From Octopus vulgaris (taxonomy: Eukaryota), in assembly GCA_951406725.2 (NCBI GenBank), contig OX597818.1:108748001-108812000 (forward strand): 64,000 nucleotides of DNA, written 5' to 3'. The translations under genes were made by a program, and so were the position numbers. A model generated the notes under the pieces. It had not been told where the DNA came from. It made no database searches and saw nothing but the letters and a program-made list of their open reading frames with translations. Shown one piece after another: positions 50,776 through 63,755 of this stretch (position 1 is the first letter of the stretch; every line of letters begins with the position of its first letter).

Positions 50776-53227
50776 ATAGGAGAAGGAAAGATCCCGAGAA
50801 GGGAAGACAGAGGAAAAAAAATCGCCATATATATATATATATATATGTGTGTGTGTATGTGTGTATAGAAGTAATAGGAAATGCTAAAATGAGTAAGGAA
50901 GAGAAAGATGGAGAATAAAGTAGGCAGAAGACCATATGTATAATGGCAAAGTTCATATCTATTATGGTAACACCCTGTGTGGTGAGTTAGAACTATCAGA
51001 TAGCCAATGGGGTGGGCTATGTATATATATGTATGTGTGCATGAGTTTGTGTTCCCCCTTGTTTTCACATGTGCCTGCTGGCTGTAAGCAATGGTCTCGC
51101 TGACAGTGTCACTTGCAGTCCATTGTGAATGCATGATCAGGCTCTCAACATCTTTTAACATGTTGTATGGTTTTTGTAAAGAAAAAGGCTCATCCAACCA
51201 GTGTTGAGTTGTTTTCAGTTTTCTGTGTAACCATGCTCAGGTTGTTTGTAGTTGGATAGGCCAGGAGATTTTTACCTCATTTGGAAACAGTGACAGGTTG
51301 GTATCAAGAAGGGCAATGGACTGGGCAAAGCTCTGCTCCAACTAAATCTCATCTGACCCATGCAAGCATGTAAAAGTAGATATGATGATGATGATGATGT
51401 AAGGAAATGTAATTTAGATTATGTGGTTAGATTATAAAGTACCTGTGCTGGTGCCACATAAAACATCACCCATGCTGGTACCACGTATAAAGCACCCTTG
51501 TGGGTGTCATATATAAAGCACTGGTGCTTGTGTCACATGAAAAGCACCCAGTACATCCTGTAAAGTGGTTGGTGTTAAGAAGGGCATTCAGCCATAGAAA
51601 CCATGCAAAAACAGAGGAAAGGAACTTGCCAGCTCCTGTATAGCTGTCCAACCCATGCCAGCATGGAAAATGGACATTAAATGATGGTCATGATGACATA
51701 TATATCATGTATGTCTAAGAATCCATGAGTCAAGAAAAAACAGGCATTCATGTATTTATCAGTAATGTGGTTACACTAATAATTATACTATATATTATAG
51801 ATTCATTTCAGTTTGTTTAAAAATTGGTTTTGTACACAACAGTTCAGAAAACCAATCTTGACAGCCTTCACAGAAGAGCTGGTAAGAAAAGTAAAGTGAC
51901 AAATTTTTGCCCATTATGGATCAATGACTTCCAAGGGTAAAGAGCTACCCCCAAACTCATATGTATGGAACCAATTGGAAAATCAACTAAAATGGATAGA
52001 TAATACAATATCATCATCATCAACGTCAGCTTTCCATGCTGGCATGGGTTGGACGGGTTGACAAAGGATGCCAGTACTGCCTGACTGGCCTCTTTGCCGG
52101 AGGCATATAAAAGCACCCACTACACTCTCAGATGAAATAAGTACCAGTTACATACTGGGGTCAATGTAATCGACTTAATCCCTTTGTCTGTCCTTGTTCG
52201 TCCCCAATGTGTTTGGCCCCTTGTGGGCAATAAAGAAATAAATATTTGCTTTGTATTCTCATGTGGATAGGTGAACTGATGCAATGTAGAATAAAAGTGT
52301 TTTTTGAACAGAAAAACAATGAAACACTTGTAGTGGATTTGAACTCCTGACTCCTAATCAGATAAATCCAGTCAATCATCTCACCATTATTATATTCCTG
52401 TAGTCTTCCAGGAAAATCAATTAACAGTTAATCAATCCCTCACCCCCCAAGAACCTCTCTCCCCCACTACTATCAGCATGAACTGAAGGTGTAGGTGAGT
52501 AATGTAGTTTACAAAGCCTTGATGGTCTGTATTGGGAGAGGGGGAGGGGAGTAATTCATAAAAGCTGTATCGTTTATACCACCACAGGAAAAGCAAAGGC
52601 CTACATACTAAGAAAAAAACAAAAACAAAATCAAAAAGAATCATTTAGCATGACTTGCAGATAACCTGCATGTTTGGGGTTTGTTTTATGGAGAAATTGT
52701 GTGTGAAGACTTGTGGGGATTTATTAGCAGGGGGGAAATACAGTAGGTGGCTCCATCAAACTGTTGCAAGAGTAAACACAGGCAGGTGGCAGAACAGAAG
52801 CAACAGTTAATGGAAATCAATGGATTATCTTTATAATTTTCCGTTTTATCAAAATTTTGTTGCTGTTTAAAAAGAAAACAAAAACAATTTCATACACTTT
52901 TTTTTCCTCTCTCTCTATTATAGCTGGAGTTAAATCATTCTAGAAAGTAACAAATTTAATATATGAATTTCATGGGCAGGTGTTTTACAGTCGAATGCAC
53001 TTTCTAATATTGGTTGCTCAACCATGAAGAGTGTTGTGATGACTGACACAGTAAAACCCCTGAGCTTTAAAACATTTAGTTCAATATGTTAGCCCAGTGG
53101 GTTCAAATCCTTTCAACATTCACAAAGTTGATAAAATAAGCAACAGTTGGCTCAATTCATTTCACAAGGACTCTATTTCTCTACAAAAGATGGCTTCTGC
53201 TAACAACAACCAAAACCAGCTGTTTTA

Positions 53228-53820
53228 ATCATCGTCATCGTTTAACGTCCGTTTTCCATGCTGGCATGGGTTGGATAGCTCGACAGGGGTCTGGGAAAGC
53301 AGGAGGCTGCACCAGGCTCCAGTCTGATCTTACAGTGTTTCTACAACTGGATGCCCTTCCTAATGCCAACCACGCCAAGAGTGTAGTGGGTGCTTTTTAT
53401 GTGCCATTGGCACAGGAACCAGAGGAGGCTGGCAACGACCACAATCGGTTGGTGCTTTTTACGTGCCACCAGCATGGAAGCCAGTCAAGGCGGCGCTGGC
53501 ATCAGCCACATTCGAACAGTGCTTTCCTGGCACAGGGATCACAACTACAATTTTCCATTTGATTTTGATGCCGGTGGCACGTAAAAAGCACCATCCGATC
53601 GTGGCCGTTTACCAGCCTCGTCTGGCACCTGTGCCGGTGGCACGTAAAAAGCACCCACTACACTCATGGAGTGTTTGGCATTAGGAAGGGCATCCAGTCG
53701 TAGAAACATTGCCAGATCAGACTGGGCCTGGTGCAGCCTTCTGGCTTCCCAGACCCCAGTTGCACCGTCCAACCCATGCCAGCATGGAAACCAGATGCTA
53801 AACGATGATGATGATGATGT
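53228..53820. mobile_element. Divergently oriented pair of SINE family C copies
   Basis: Minus copy 53228-53565 and plus copy 53565-53820, with tails pointing outward. Confidence 0.88.
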
Positions 53821-55139
53821 ACTTGACTCAATAGGTCTCCTCAAGCATGGCATGTCACCCTACTTTTGAGTGGGTTGGTTATGCAGCATTGGAGTAGGTT
53901 ACTGCTGTGAACTCACTTTATTTGCCAGGTCTTCTCAGTCACAGCATATCTCCAGAGGCCTTGGTCTCTTATGATATTCAAATATGTGTGTGTATGTGTG
54001 TTGGTGTGGATTAACATTTTTATGTCTGAATTTTGACTTCATTAATGCTTGTCTCACATTAACAAAATTAATCTCATAAAGTTAAATAATTCTACAATAA
54101 CCAAACTAAACACTACAAAACACTCTCGTGAGTTTTCATAAGTAACAACTTTTCAAAAAAAAAAAAGCAATAATTTATATGATGGTTAGTTTAATTAAAG
54201 CACTAGAATAAAAATGAATTGCTTAGAGGCACAACAAAATTTGAATTATGGAAACTGATCAAAAATATGAAAAAGAAGGAGGAATATATTATGAAGCTTC
54301 CTCAGATATCTTATCTAGAAAGATATATAAAATTTCCAAATGAAATTTTGAGATTTTAATTTTGAATTAAAAGTATATAAATTTAGAACTGTTTAAAAAT
54401 GTTGCTGAAATTTTCTTATAAGTCTGAAAGAGAAACTTAAATGGTAAACGTAAGAACTTGATATGAAAATTATCAAGTGAATCAGTTTACAAGTTTGCAA
54501 TTCCATGATGGGACAATAACTGTAAATTCGAACAGGATTAGTTGTGTGATATCTGCATTGCTTTTGTGAGATTCTTTTATCAGAGGTGTTAACTAAAGAT
54601 GTCAACGAATGCAGCATGCACAGAAAAACACACGATTTAAGTTATAAAATAAATTATTATGATTTACTCAATCTTTTCCTTTCTTTGCTGTCTTTTTCAC
54701 CACATTTTAAATAACTATAAAAGAAGCGTGTGTGTGTGTGTGTCTGTATATTGCACGCCCACGAATCAAAGTAAAATTAGAGACACAGACCAATAGAAAT
54801 GTAATGTGTTGGTAGGATTAACAAAGATATTTATATAATACAATAGTGATTTCTTACATAACTCTCTTTCTAAAAGAATGTAAAATTTGAGTCAACAACA
54901 TGATTTGTCACATAAAAAGCAGAGGGATCAGACCCAGTTGTGTGGTGGTGAAGCAAGCGTCATAACCACAGAACCATGCTTATATCTGTTATTTAATGGT
55001 TAGCATTCTTTTAAGGACATTTTGTAAGGCTGATGGTCATTTAATATTTAACACATGCACTGAATGTGGAGGGATTAAAAATAAAGGGAAAATAGCAACA
55101 CTTGAAGAATTATGAAACGCGTGATAAAAAATTAAACAA

Positions 55140-55950
55140 GGTGTTTGTGTGGCTTTGTGGTAAAAAGCTTGCTTCCCAACCACATGGTTCTGGGTTCAGA
55201 CACACTGTGTGGCACCTTGGGCATTTGTCTTCAACAATAACTTCAGGCCAACCAAAGCTTTGTGAGTATATTTGGCAGATGGAAACTGAAAGAAGCCTGT
55301 CGTATGTGTGTCTGTGTTTGTCCTCCACTACTGCTTGACGACCGGTGTTAGTGTGTTTATGCCCCCATAACTTAGCAGTTTGGCAAAGGAGACTAAAAGA
55401 ATCAGGCTTAAAAAAAGTGCTGGGAATATATACCTGAGATGTATATTGTAAGGAGTCAGAAGCCTTCCACACTCACGGCTACTCTGTAGTTTTCTAAGAA
55501 ACCCTAAGAGTAAGAACAGAGTGCAAAACTGAATCAAAAGTGTGCTCCAGGTTAATAGAAGAAGTTAGGTGGAGTGGCTCAGCCCTAGCTAAGTACTTTT
55601 TCAGGGCCTCACTAAGAAGAGGGTATCAGCGGTATCATCATCATCGTTTAACGTCCGCTTTCCATGCTAGCATGGGCTGGACGATTTTGACTGAATGCTG
55701 GCAAACCAGATGGCTGCACCAGGCTCCAATCTTGATCTGGCAGAGGTTCTACAGCTGGATGCCCTTCCTAAAGCCAATCACTCTGAGAGTGTAGTGGGTG
55801 CTTTTTACGTGCCACCGGCACGGGGGCCAGTCAGGCGGTACTGGCAATGACCTCGCCCAAATCTTTTTACACATGCCACCGGCACAGGTGCCAGTAAGGT
55901 GGCGCTGGTAACAATCACACTTGAATGGTGCTCTTTAATGTGCCACTGGC
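55140..55950. mobile_element. SINE A (+) 55140-55430 and SINE C (-) 55635-55950
   Basis: Family sequences. Confidence 0.8.
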
Positions 55951-56555
55951 ACGTCTGGAATAAACTCAAACTTCATCTCATTTCGGTTAATTCTCCCTCT
56001 AATCAGTTGTGCTATTACTCCTTCAGAAACTATAACCATTGATATAAATCTGAGTAGAAGTGTGTGTGTGTGTGTGTGTGTGTGTGTCAGTGACTATTGA
56101 CTGAGAGAGTGTCATGGTTGAAGGAAGGGTTTCTCAGTGTGGCTGTCAGCATTAAGTTTAAGTAAACAGCTCGTTATTGTAAGAAAGAAAAAAATGTTGA
56201 CCAAGATGTATTGAAAGTAAGCAAAATAACAAACAAGATGCACCTTCAGAAAGAGCCAGCATTCTATTGTGAATGGATTAGAAGCATTACTAAATGAATT
56301 ACAATCTCCTATTGTTCACAGCATGTTTCTATAGTTTTTCGCAGTATCGTACGGCAAAGCTGCACAATGGAACTGAGTGCAACAAAAAGCAGGAAGGATT
56401 GATCAAGATGCAAAATGCTTGTTACTTGATAGGGTAAAAACATTGAAGGGTTATCGAATCTGTTCATTTCACAGGCTCTAATAATGAAAACAGGAATCAC
56501 ACAGCAAGAAAACAAGAAAACAAAGTGCTAAACAATATTGAAAATAAAACAATTT

Positions 56556-56559
<4 letters not shown>

Positions 56560-56594
<35 letters not shown>

Positions 56595-56621
56595 CATATT
56601 TACATATGTTCATATTAAATT

Positions 56622-56690
<69 letters not shown>
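56560..56690. repeat. (CA)n, (TG)n and (GA)n microsatellites
   Basis: Visible directly. Confidence 0.95.
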
Positions 56691-56695
<5 letters not shown>

Positions 56696-58103
56696 CATTA
56701 AATACAACACCTTGTGGGGATTTATTGTCACTATATTGTGAGTTCAAATCCTACTCTGATTCATTGTGCACTTTGTCTTTTCAACAGAATATGAACTGGA
56801 ACAGTGCCCCAGCATGACCACAATCCAATTACTGAGACTACCAAAAGAAAAAAAAAAGAGAGAAACCCCTCTTGTTCTCACACATAACCATACATATGCA
56901 CACAAATATTTAAATATACTTGTATGTATGTATATAAATATCTACAGCTCAGGTGAATTGCACTTTTCCTCATACAGTTTCTTATATCATCATAGTGCAC
57001 AGAGGCATATACTGCCGTCCTTAAAGTTAAAATGTGTAATTAATTTCATAGATATCTGTCAGCATTTTCTGAATATTACAGAATGTCTTATAAGGCTTCT
57101 CTGAAATACTATGACAAGTACAGATTGATACAGTGAAAGTTTAAAGATTTCAATCATAACTTTCAGTGTCATTACCATGCTTTCTTTCATTGATTTAGGT
57201 TTCAAACAAATACAATTTCCATACAACAAAGTGGGGCTTCATTCACTTAATACTCACAACAAATGAATAAATACCTAACGACATATGTATGAGTTGGCAT
57301 ATGTTAAATCTATCTAAATGCAGACCTCCACCACATACAGAATCTTAGCTTGGTAATGATCCCCAATTACAACATTATTATATACGGCTCTACATCTTAG
57401 AGTGTACTTCTTTTGGATTTATGCATTCTACAAATTATATCTATCTATCTATCTACAACAACAACCACCAGCACCAGCACCAGCACCACCACCATCATCA
57501 TCATCCCTAAGCATCTCAACTATCTCTCCATACATACCTTTAATAGTGCCATCAGTGATTGTGCCAGCTCTGAGGTTGTAGAACTGGGAAGAAGGTTGGG
57601 GGAACTTTTCAGCTTCTGGAAAGGTAAAGATCTTTGGGGCTGCATGCTTGGAGGCTGTGAGTCCTTCTGCTTAGGTAGAGAACTATTACAATCACATTTT
57701 CAATTTCCTATGTCTAGGGGCTGTACATATTTGTTTTTATGTTCACTTACAATAAAACAATTTTATATAAATCTGGAGTTGTTCTACACTTTTGTAGCAT
57801 ATAAATTTATAAGTCTTAAAGAAGGATAGTATTGATAGTGACACTGAAAGGATTAAATCCAATAAAACTGAAAATATCTAAAACAACTGACACATCTTGT
57901 ACCTACCGAATACAAAAGGACACACCTCAATAAGCACACTTGTTTACAAAGTTCTATATACAGGGGGAAATTCTAATTTAATAAAACTTTCTCCAAAGCA
58001 TTTCTCCATAACAACCAACCCTGAAACCTAATTACCACTCTACTCAAACCCACACACCTGAGCAACAGGGACTGTAGAAAGCCAAGATTAACTTCAATAC
58101 ATT

Positions 58104-58148
58104 GCAGTCCGATGATGGCTTAGCCAGCCGAAACTTTGAAGTCACTGT
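58104..58148 (+). ncRNA. Type-I hammerhead motif, U4C core, GUC site
   Basis: GCAGU CCGAUGA U GGCU uagcc AGCC GAAAC UUUGAA GUC ACUGU. Confidence 0.75.
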
Positions 58149-58171
58149 CAAGAATATTTTAGTTTAAGAAT

Positions 58172-58452
58172 AATGTATGTATGTATGCAAGTATGTATCT
58201 ATGTATGTATGTATGCATGAATGTATGCAAGTATGTATGTATGTATGTATGTGTACATGAGAATCATTCCTGGATCTTATATGTGTATATATATATATGT
58301 TTAAGAATAATGTATGTATGTATGCAAGTATGTATGTATGTATGTATGTATGTATGTATGTATGTATGCATGCATGCATGCATGCATGTATGTATGTATG
58401 TATGTATGTATGTATGTATGTATGTATGTATGTATGTATGTATGTATGTGTG
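58172..58452. repeat. (ATGT)n tetranucleotide microsatellite
   Basis: Visible directly; gtttaagaataatgtatg is duplicated at ~58162 and ~58299. Confidence 0.95.
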
Positions 58453-60841
58453 TGTGCATTTATAGCTATTTATAGGCATTTATGCATAGACACAGAAGAG
58501 CATTGATGTTTGTTCATTGATTATTTTCAAAGAAAACTATTTAATATTGAAGATGAAACTAAGATGGTTAATCTATACATGTGTATTTTTGCAAGTAGGC
58601 TGTCCATGTGGTGATACAGTCGGTTACATACATTCACAATGTGTGATACAGATGTGATACAATCAGTTACATATATTTACATATTCTTGGGATTTGGTCA
58701 TCTGAAATAGTTAACATCATTTATCTGTAATATCTTCATCATTTTCTGGCATGAACTAGAATGTAGGTAATGAAGTGGAGGCAACAGATGGTATTTCCGG
58801 GAATTTGGCACAAATGAAGGAAAAGGACTCAGTGATGCAACAGTGCCAATATTAAATATTGGCAGTGACAACCAATGTTGCAAATTAAGAAATGATGCTA
58901 ACAGTATTTCTTATTCCACTAACAACATTAGAAGACTTATAAAGAAGCCAGCTACTGGCCCCTTTCTTCTTAATTATTGCAAATAAATTTTCATTTCATT
59001 TTAGAGTTGGGAGTAGGCAATATCCAGCAAAGAGCTACCACTAAGATTAGACTTTCCAAATCATAAGTCTTTTATATAAAGGCATGGCTATGCATAAAGA
59101 AACTTGCTTCTCAATCATGTAGTCTTGGGTTCAGTCCCACTGTGTGGTACCTTGGGCAAGTATCTTCAATTATAGCTCAGAGTCAATTAAAGCCTTGTAA
59201 GTGGATTTGGGAGATGGAAACTTAAAGAAGCCTACCACACACACATCTTTGTTTTTGTCTTTGGTTTGCAAGATCCTTTATGTGAATTAAAGTGTTGAAA
59301 GGGATTTCACTGTTTTTTGGGAGGGTCATTACACCAATGAAAATGACTGCATGTTTATTATTATTTGCATAATGACTCCCCCAAGACACACCAAATTATG
59401 AATGTATATACGTGCATGTATGTATATGTGTGTATGAATGTCATTTGTTTGCAGTCCACTAAGAAAGTATGTTCAGGATGTTTGTTGTTTAACAGTGTGG
59501 GAAATGATCTCACTTGGAAACAAGTTGGGGCTGGCGCCAGAAAGGGCATCTAGCCATAGAAAACTCTGCCCCAGCATTCTTTCCTTGATCGGACAGTATC
59601 ATCATCATCATCATCTTAATGCTTACTTTTCTATGCTCTCATGGCCAGAATATTTCACTTGCTTTCTCCTAAATGAGCTTCATGAGTGAAGTCCTGCTTT
59701 TCATTACAGAGCAGCAAAACAAACTGTATTGTTATTGGAATCTTTGATGGGTTCACAGAAGGTCTTCTAGGGTTTTTTTTTTCTATTGATGATGACCTTT
59801 TTTGTTTTTAATTTCTTCCTTCAGAAAGAAGTTATATATTCCAATAGTTACGTTTAATTCTTTATTTGCATGAGACTCACTTGAGATAAAATATTATTCT
59901 TTTCATAAGTATTGTTGATATTTAACCACATAGAAGCTCAGATCAAGCAAGCTGATAACTGAAAACGTTCTATGACAATATTTTCCCCTGGGCACTAGAT
60001 ATAAGCATAGGTGTGTAGTTGGGAAGTTTGCTTCACAATCACATGGTTCTGAGATTAATACCACTTTGTGCCATTTAGTGTGAGCGCCTTGCAATATAAC
60101 CTCTAGCTGACCACTACCTTGTGAGTTGAATTTGTTAAGAGAATTGTCTATGGTGGTGGGTGTAATAATTGGCAAGGTGGCAGCCAACAAATCAGTATCA
60201 TCAACATTTGACATCTGTTTTCCATGCTGGCATGGATCGAACAGTTTGACAGGAGTGGGCAAGCCAGAGGGCTACACCAGACTCCAGTTGTTCATTTTGG
60301 CATGGATTCTATGGCTGGATGCCTTTCCTCATGCCACCCACTTTACAGAGTGTACAGGGTGCCTTTTATGTGGCACCAGCACTGGTGATTTTCACAAATT
60401 TAGCTTGTAATATTTAGTCTGCCAAATTACTTCCTTCATGTAGACTTAGCTATTGGATAAGTAGAGATTGATAAAATAAGTACCAGACAACAAAGTGGGG
60501 TCAATAATGTAGACTAAAACCATTTCTGAAGGCTTCTTGAGAAGATTACAGTGAACAGCAACCACTATACAGTTGCTCAGGTAGCAAGACACAACATCCA
60601 GGTAAAAATGGGAAGGCTAGCTGTATTATATCTTTCTTTAATGGATCGTGGTCAGAATTTCCATTCAATAATTTTCATTTGTTTATTGACCTGAACTACC
60701 TTCTTTACTGAATATACAGGTACATGTACCCTTAATGTAAATTCTTAGGTAGAGGTAGAGAGAGCATGACACAGAGAGATTACAAGTAGAGGGTAATCAT
60801 TGGGTTCCTGCACACCAATCAATATTTAAGAGATGAGGAAT

Positions 60842-60991
60842 TATTTACATTATTTACATTTGACTGATATTTGCCCTCATCTTGTTTATTGTTAACATAA
60901 CGTTTCGGCTGATATACCCTCCAGCCTTCATCAGGTGTCTTGGGGAAATTTCGAACCTGTGTTCTCATTCCTCAGGTATTTTTCTATGTTG

Positions 60992-61039
<48 letters not shown>

Positions 61040-61316
61040 TCACTGCCTGGAATTGAACTCAGACAAATAGTGTGATTATGGTGGTTAAGAGCACAGGCTA
61101 CTAACCCCAAGATTCCGAGTTTGATTCCAGGCAGTGACCTGAATAATAATAATAATAATTATTATTATAACATAGAAAAATACCGTAGGAATGAGAACCC
61201 AGGTTCAAAATTTCCCCAAGACACCTGATGAATGCTGGAGGGTATATCAGCCGAAATGTTGTGTTAACAACAAACAAGATGAGGACAAATATCTGTCAAA
61301 TGTAAACGATGTACAA
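60842..61316. mobile_element. Fold-back element (~205 bp arms): tRNA-like head, (AAT)n and hammerhead tail, with an inverted partial copy
   Basis: Arms 60842-61051 and 61112-61316; hammerheads at 60895-60938 (-) and 61221-61264 (+); tRNA-like segment 61070-61140. Confidence 0.85.
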
Positions 61317-62989
61317 TCAATTTTATTCCCAATGCATGGGTTTGTCCAAGGAGTGACACAGTGGATTGAACCAGGGACCTTGTAATTGCTTGTGATCAAT
61401 TCAGTAATACTTTCTGTGTCATGCACTGTTATAATGTAGTGCTAAATGCTTAGAGTCTGAGAAAAGGTTGGATGGTCACAGCTGGAATAGCTTTGACCAT
61501 GAGCAAACTTGACTGGGGTTAAACAAAAATAGAGAACAAGGCTTTGTACACACATATTCTTGTATACACACCATTGAAATGCATACACAATATACAGCAT
61601 CCTCCTACTAAAAAATACAAAAAAAATGGGAGGGAAGGTGGGTGGGAGAAATGCTGTGTGAAGCAAGCATGCAAATCAGTAGATATTAAAATATGTAAAA
61701 ACGTGTAAAAACAGGAAGTACACAACAAATGATATGAACTGCAAAACAAAAAGAAAAAAAAGGCTTGTGACTAAACGACAAAAGCTAAAATATAAGATCT
61801 TTGCTTTCTATTTTGAAGGAAAATGGCAACAATATATACAGTTTATCTCTTCCATATTTCCTATTTTTTTCTCTCTGAGTTTTGTTTATTGTTGTTGTTG
61901 TTGTTGTAGGAAAGTTATTGTCACTTTGTCATGCCTTTCACTCTTTTTGTTTTTTAATCAAATTTCATTTTGCGACTGCATCTGCATGTGTTACATTGAG
62001 GTCTTCTATGTAAATTTATTATAAATAACACCCCTCACACACACACACACACACACACATGCACACACAAGAGTTCATGCTTATATGATCATATAGCTAT
62101 CTATTTACACACACACACATACACACACACACACACATATTTAGAAAAACAGGCAGATTGAAGGAGAAAATAGAGATTAACAATATTTTGAATATTAAGC
62201 ATATATTCATGTGTGTATTGTGAGATGTAAATCACCATAGCAACACCACATGATGTTTGACTTCAACTACACAAACAGCTTTCTATATGTGACACTGCTG
62301 AAGTCATCAGCTCCACCACCACCACCACCACAACTAATTTAACATCTCTACAACAAGGCATTCCCTATGCATCTCTATCAAGTGTTATCTCATCTCGGAA
62401 AGCCAGAACTTCAAGGTTCTGCTTTAATTACCTGACACTGAATGGATTAAAAGCCTAACTCCATCCCATGATCCTGTATTGTACCCTCTCATGATAATTT
62501 TTCTTCTAGAATTCATTTATTCATATTACATGGCCTTATCAACACAGTCCCTTCACTTGCATATATCAGCTGGTGCTTTTCATAACCCAAACGTTATGTC
62601 AATTCACTTGGGCTCAACCTATCACTGCCAAGTTCACACTGCACATCTAATGGACCAGACAGAACTTATTCTTTCCCAATCATTAAATGACCCCAAATGT
62701 CACCACCAAACAGTAGTATCGAAAAACATATCACACAAACACAATAAACACCCATTAATGTCTGCTACAGACACAAAAGCAACAAACCCCAATGGTTTCT
62801 CTCTTCTATAATATGCCTGGTGCCACTTGCTCCATGTTGCTCCCATTACACCACCACCACCCCAAGAAGAAAAAAACAAAAAAAGAGAAAACCAACAGGA
62901 CAAAGGTCTTTTCACCTGTTTAATTAATCTGTTTAATTAATCCAAGTCTGTCCTTACACTGATCACCCAATCTGCTTTATATCTTTTAA

Positions 62990-63390
62990 CTTTTCCTTCA
63001 GTCATGAGACTACGGCCATGTTGGGGCATCATTTTGAAGAATTTTTAGTCAAATGAATCAAATCCAGTGCTTATTTCTCTTTTAGAAGTCTGGTACTTAT
63101 TCTATCGCTCTCTGTTGCTGAACTGTTAAGTTACAGAAATGTAAACATACCAACACCAGCTATCAAGAGGTGGTGGCGGTAGTGAAAGGCAAATACAGTC
63201 AACAAGACACACACACACATACATATATATATGACAGGCTTCTTTTAGTTTTCATCAACCAAATCCACTCACAAGGTTTTCATCAGCCTATGGGTATAGT
63301 AGAAAACACTTGTCCAATGCGCCACACAGTGGGACTGAACTCAGAACCATGTGGTTGGGAAGCAAATTTCCTATCACACAGTTACACCAG
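62990..63390 (-). mobile_element. SINE family A
   Basis: Family sequence. Confidence 0.75.
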
Positions 63391-63534
63391 TAACAGTATA
63401 AATTACTATTCTTTTTAAGTTGAATCTTCATCAACTATTTTGATTAAGATAAGAAATTAAATTCTAGGGGAGGGTTAAAGCCTATTAAATCTTGTCAACT
63501 TGGAAGGACAAAAAAAAAAAAAGAAAGTCAACCA

Positions 63535-63755
63535 TTATTCTTTTCTACTCTAGGCACAAGACCCGAAATTTTTGGGGACGCAGGGCCAGTCGATTAGATC
63601 AACCCCATTATGCAACTGGTACTTAATTTATCAACCCTGAAAGGATGAAAGGCAAAGTTAACCTTGGCAGAATTTGAACTCAGAACATAAAGACAGATGA
63701 AATACCACTAAGCATTTTGCCCAGCATGTGAACGTTTCTGCCAGGTCGCTGCCTT
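63535..63755 (-). mobile_element. SINE family B
   Basis: Family sequence, nearly identical to 3005-3208. Confidence 0.85.

Noticed and set aside
50469-51197. 242 aa ORF, the longest in the track
   Set aside because: Runs through SINE, hammerhead element and microsatellite sequence; no domain.
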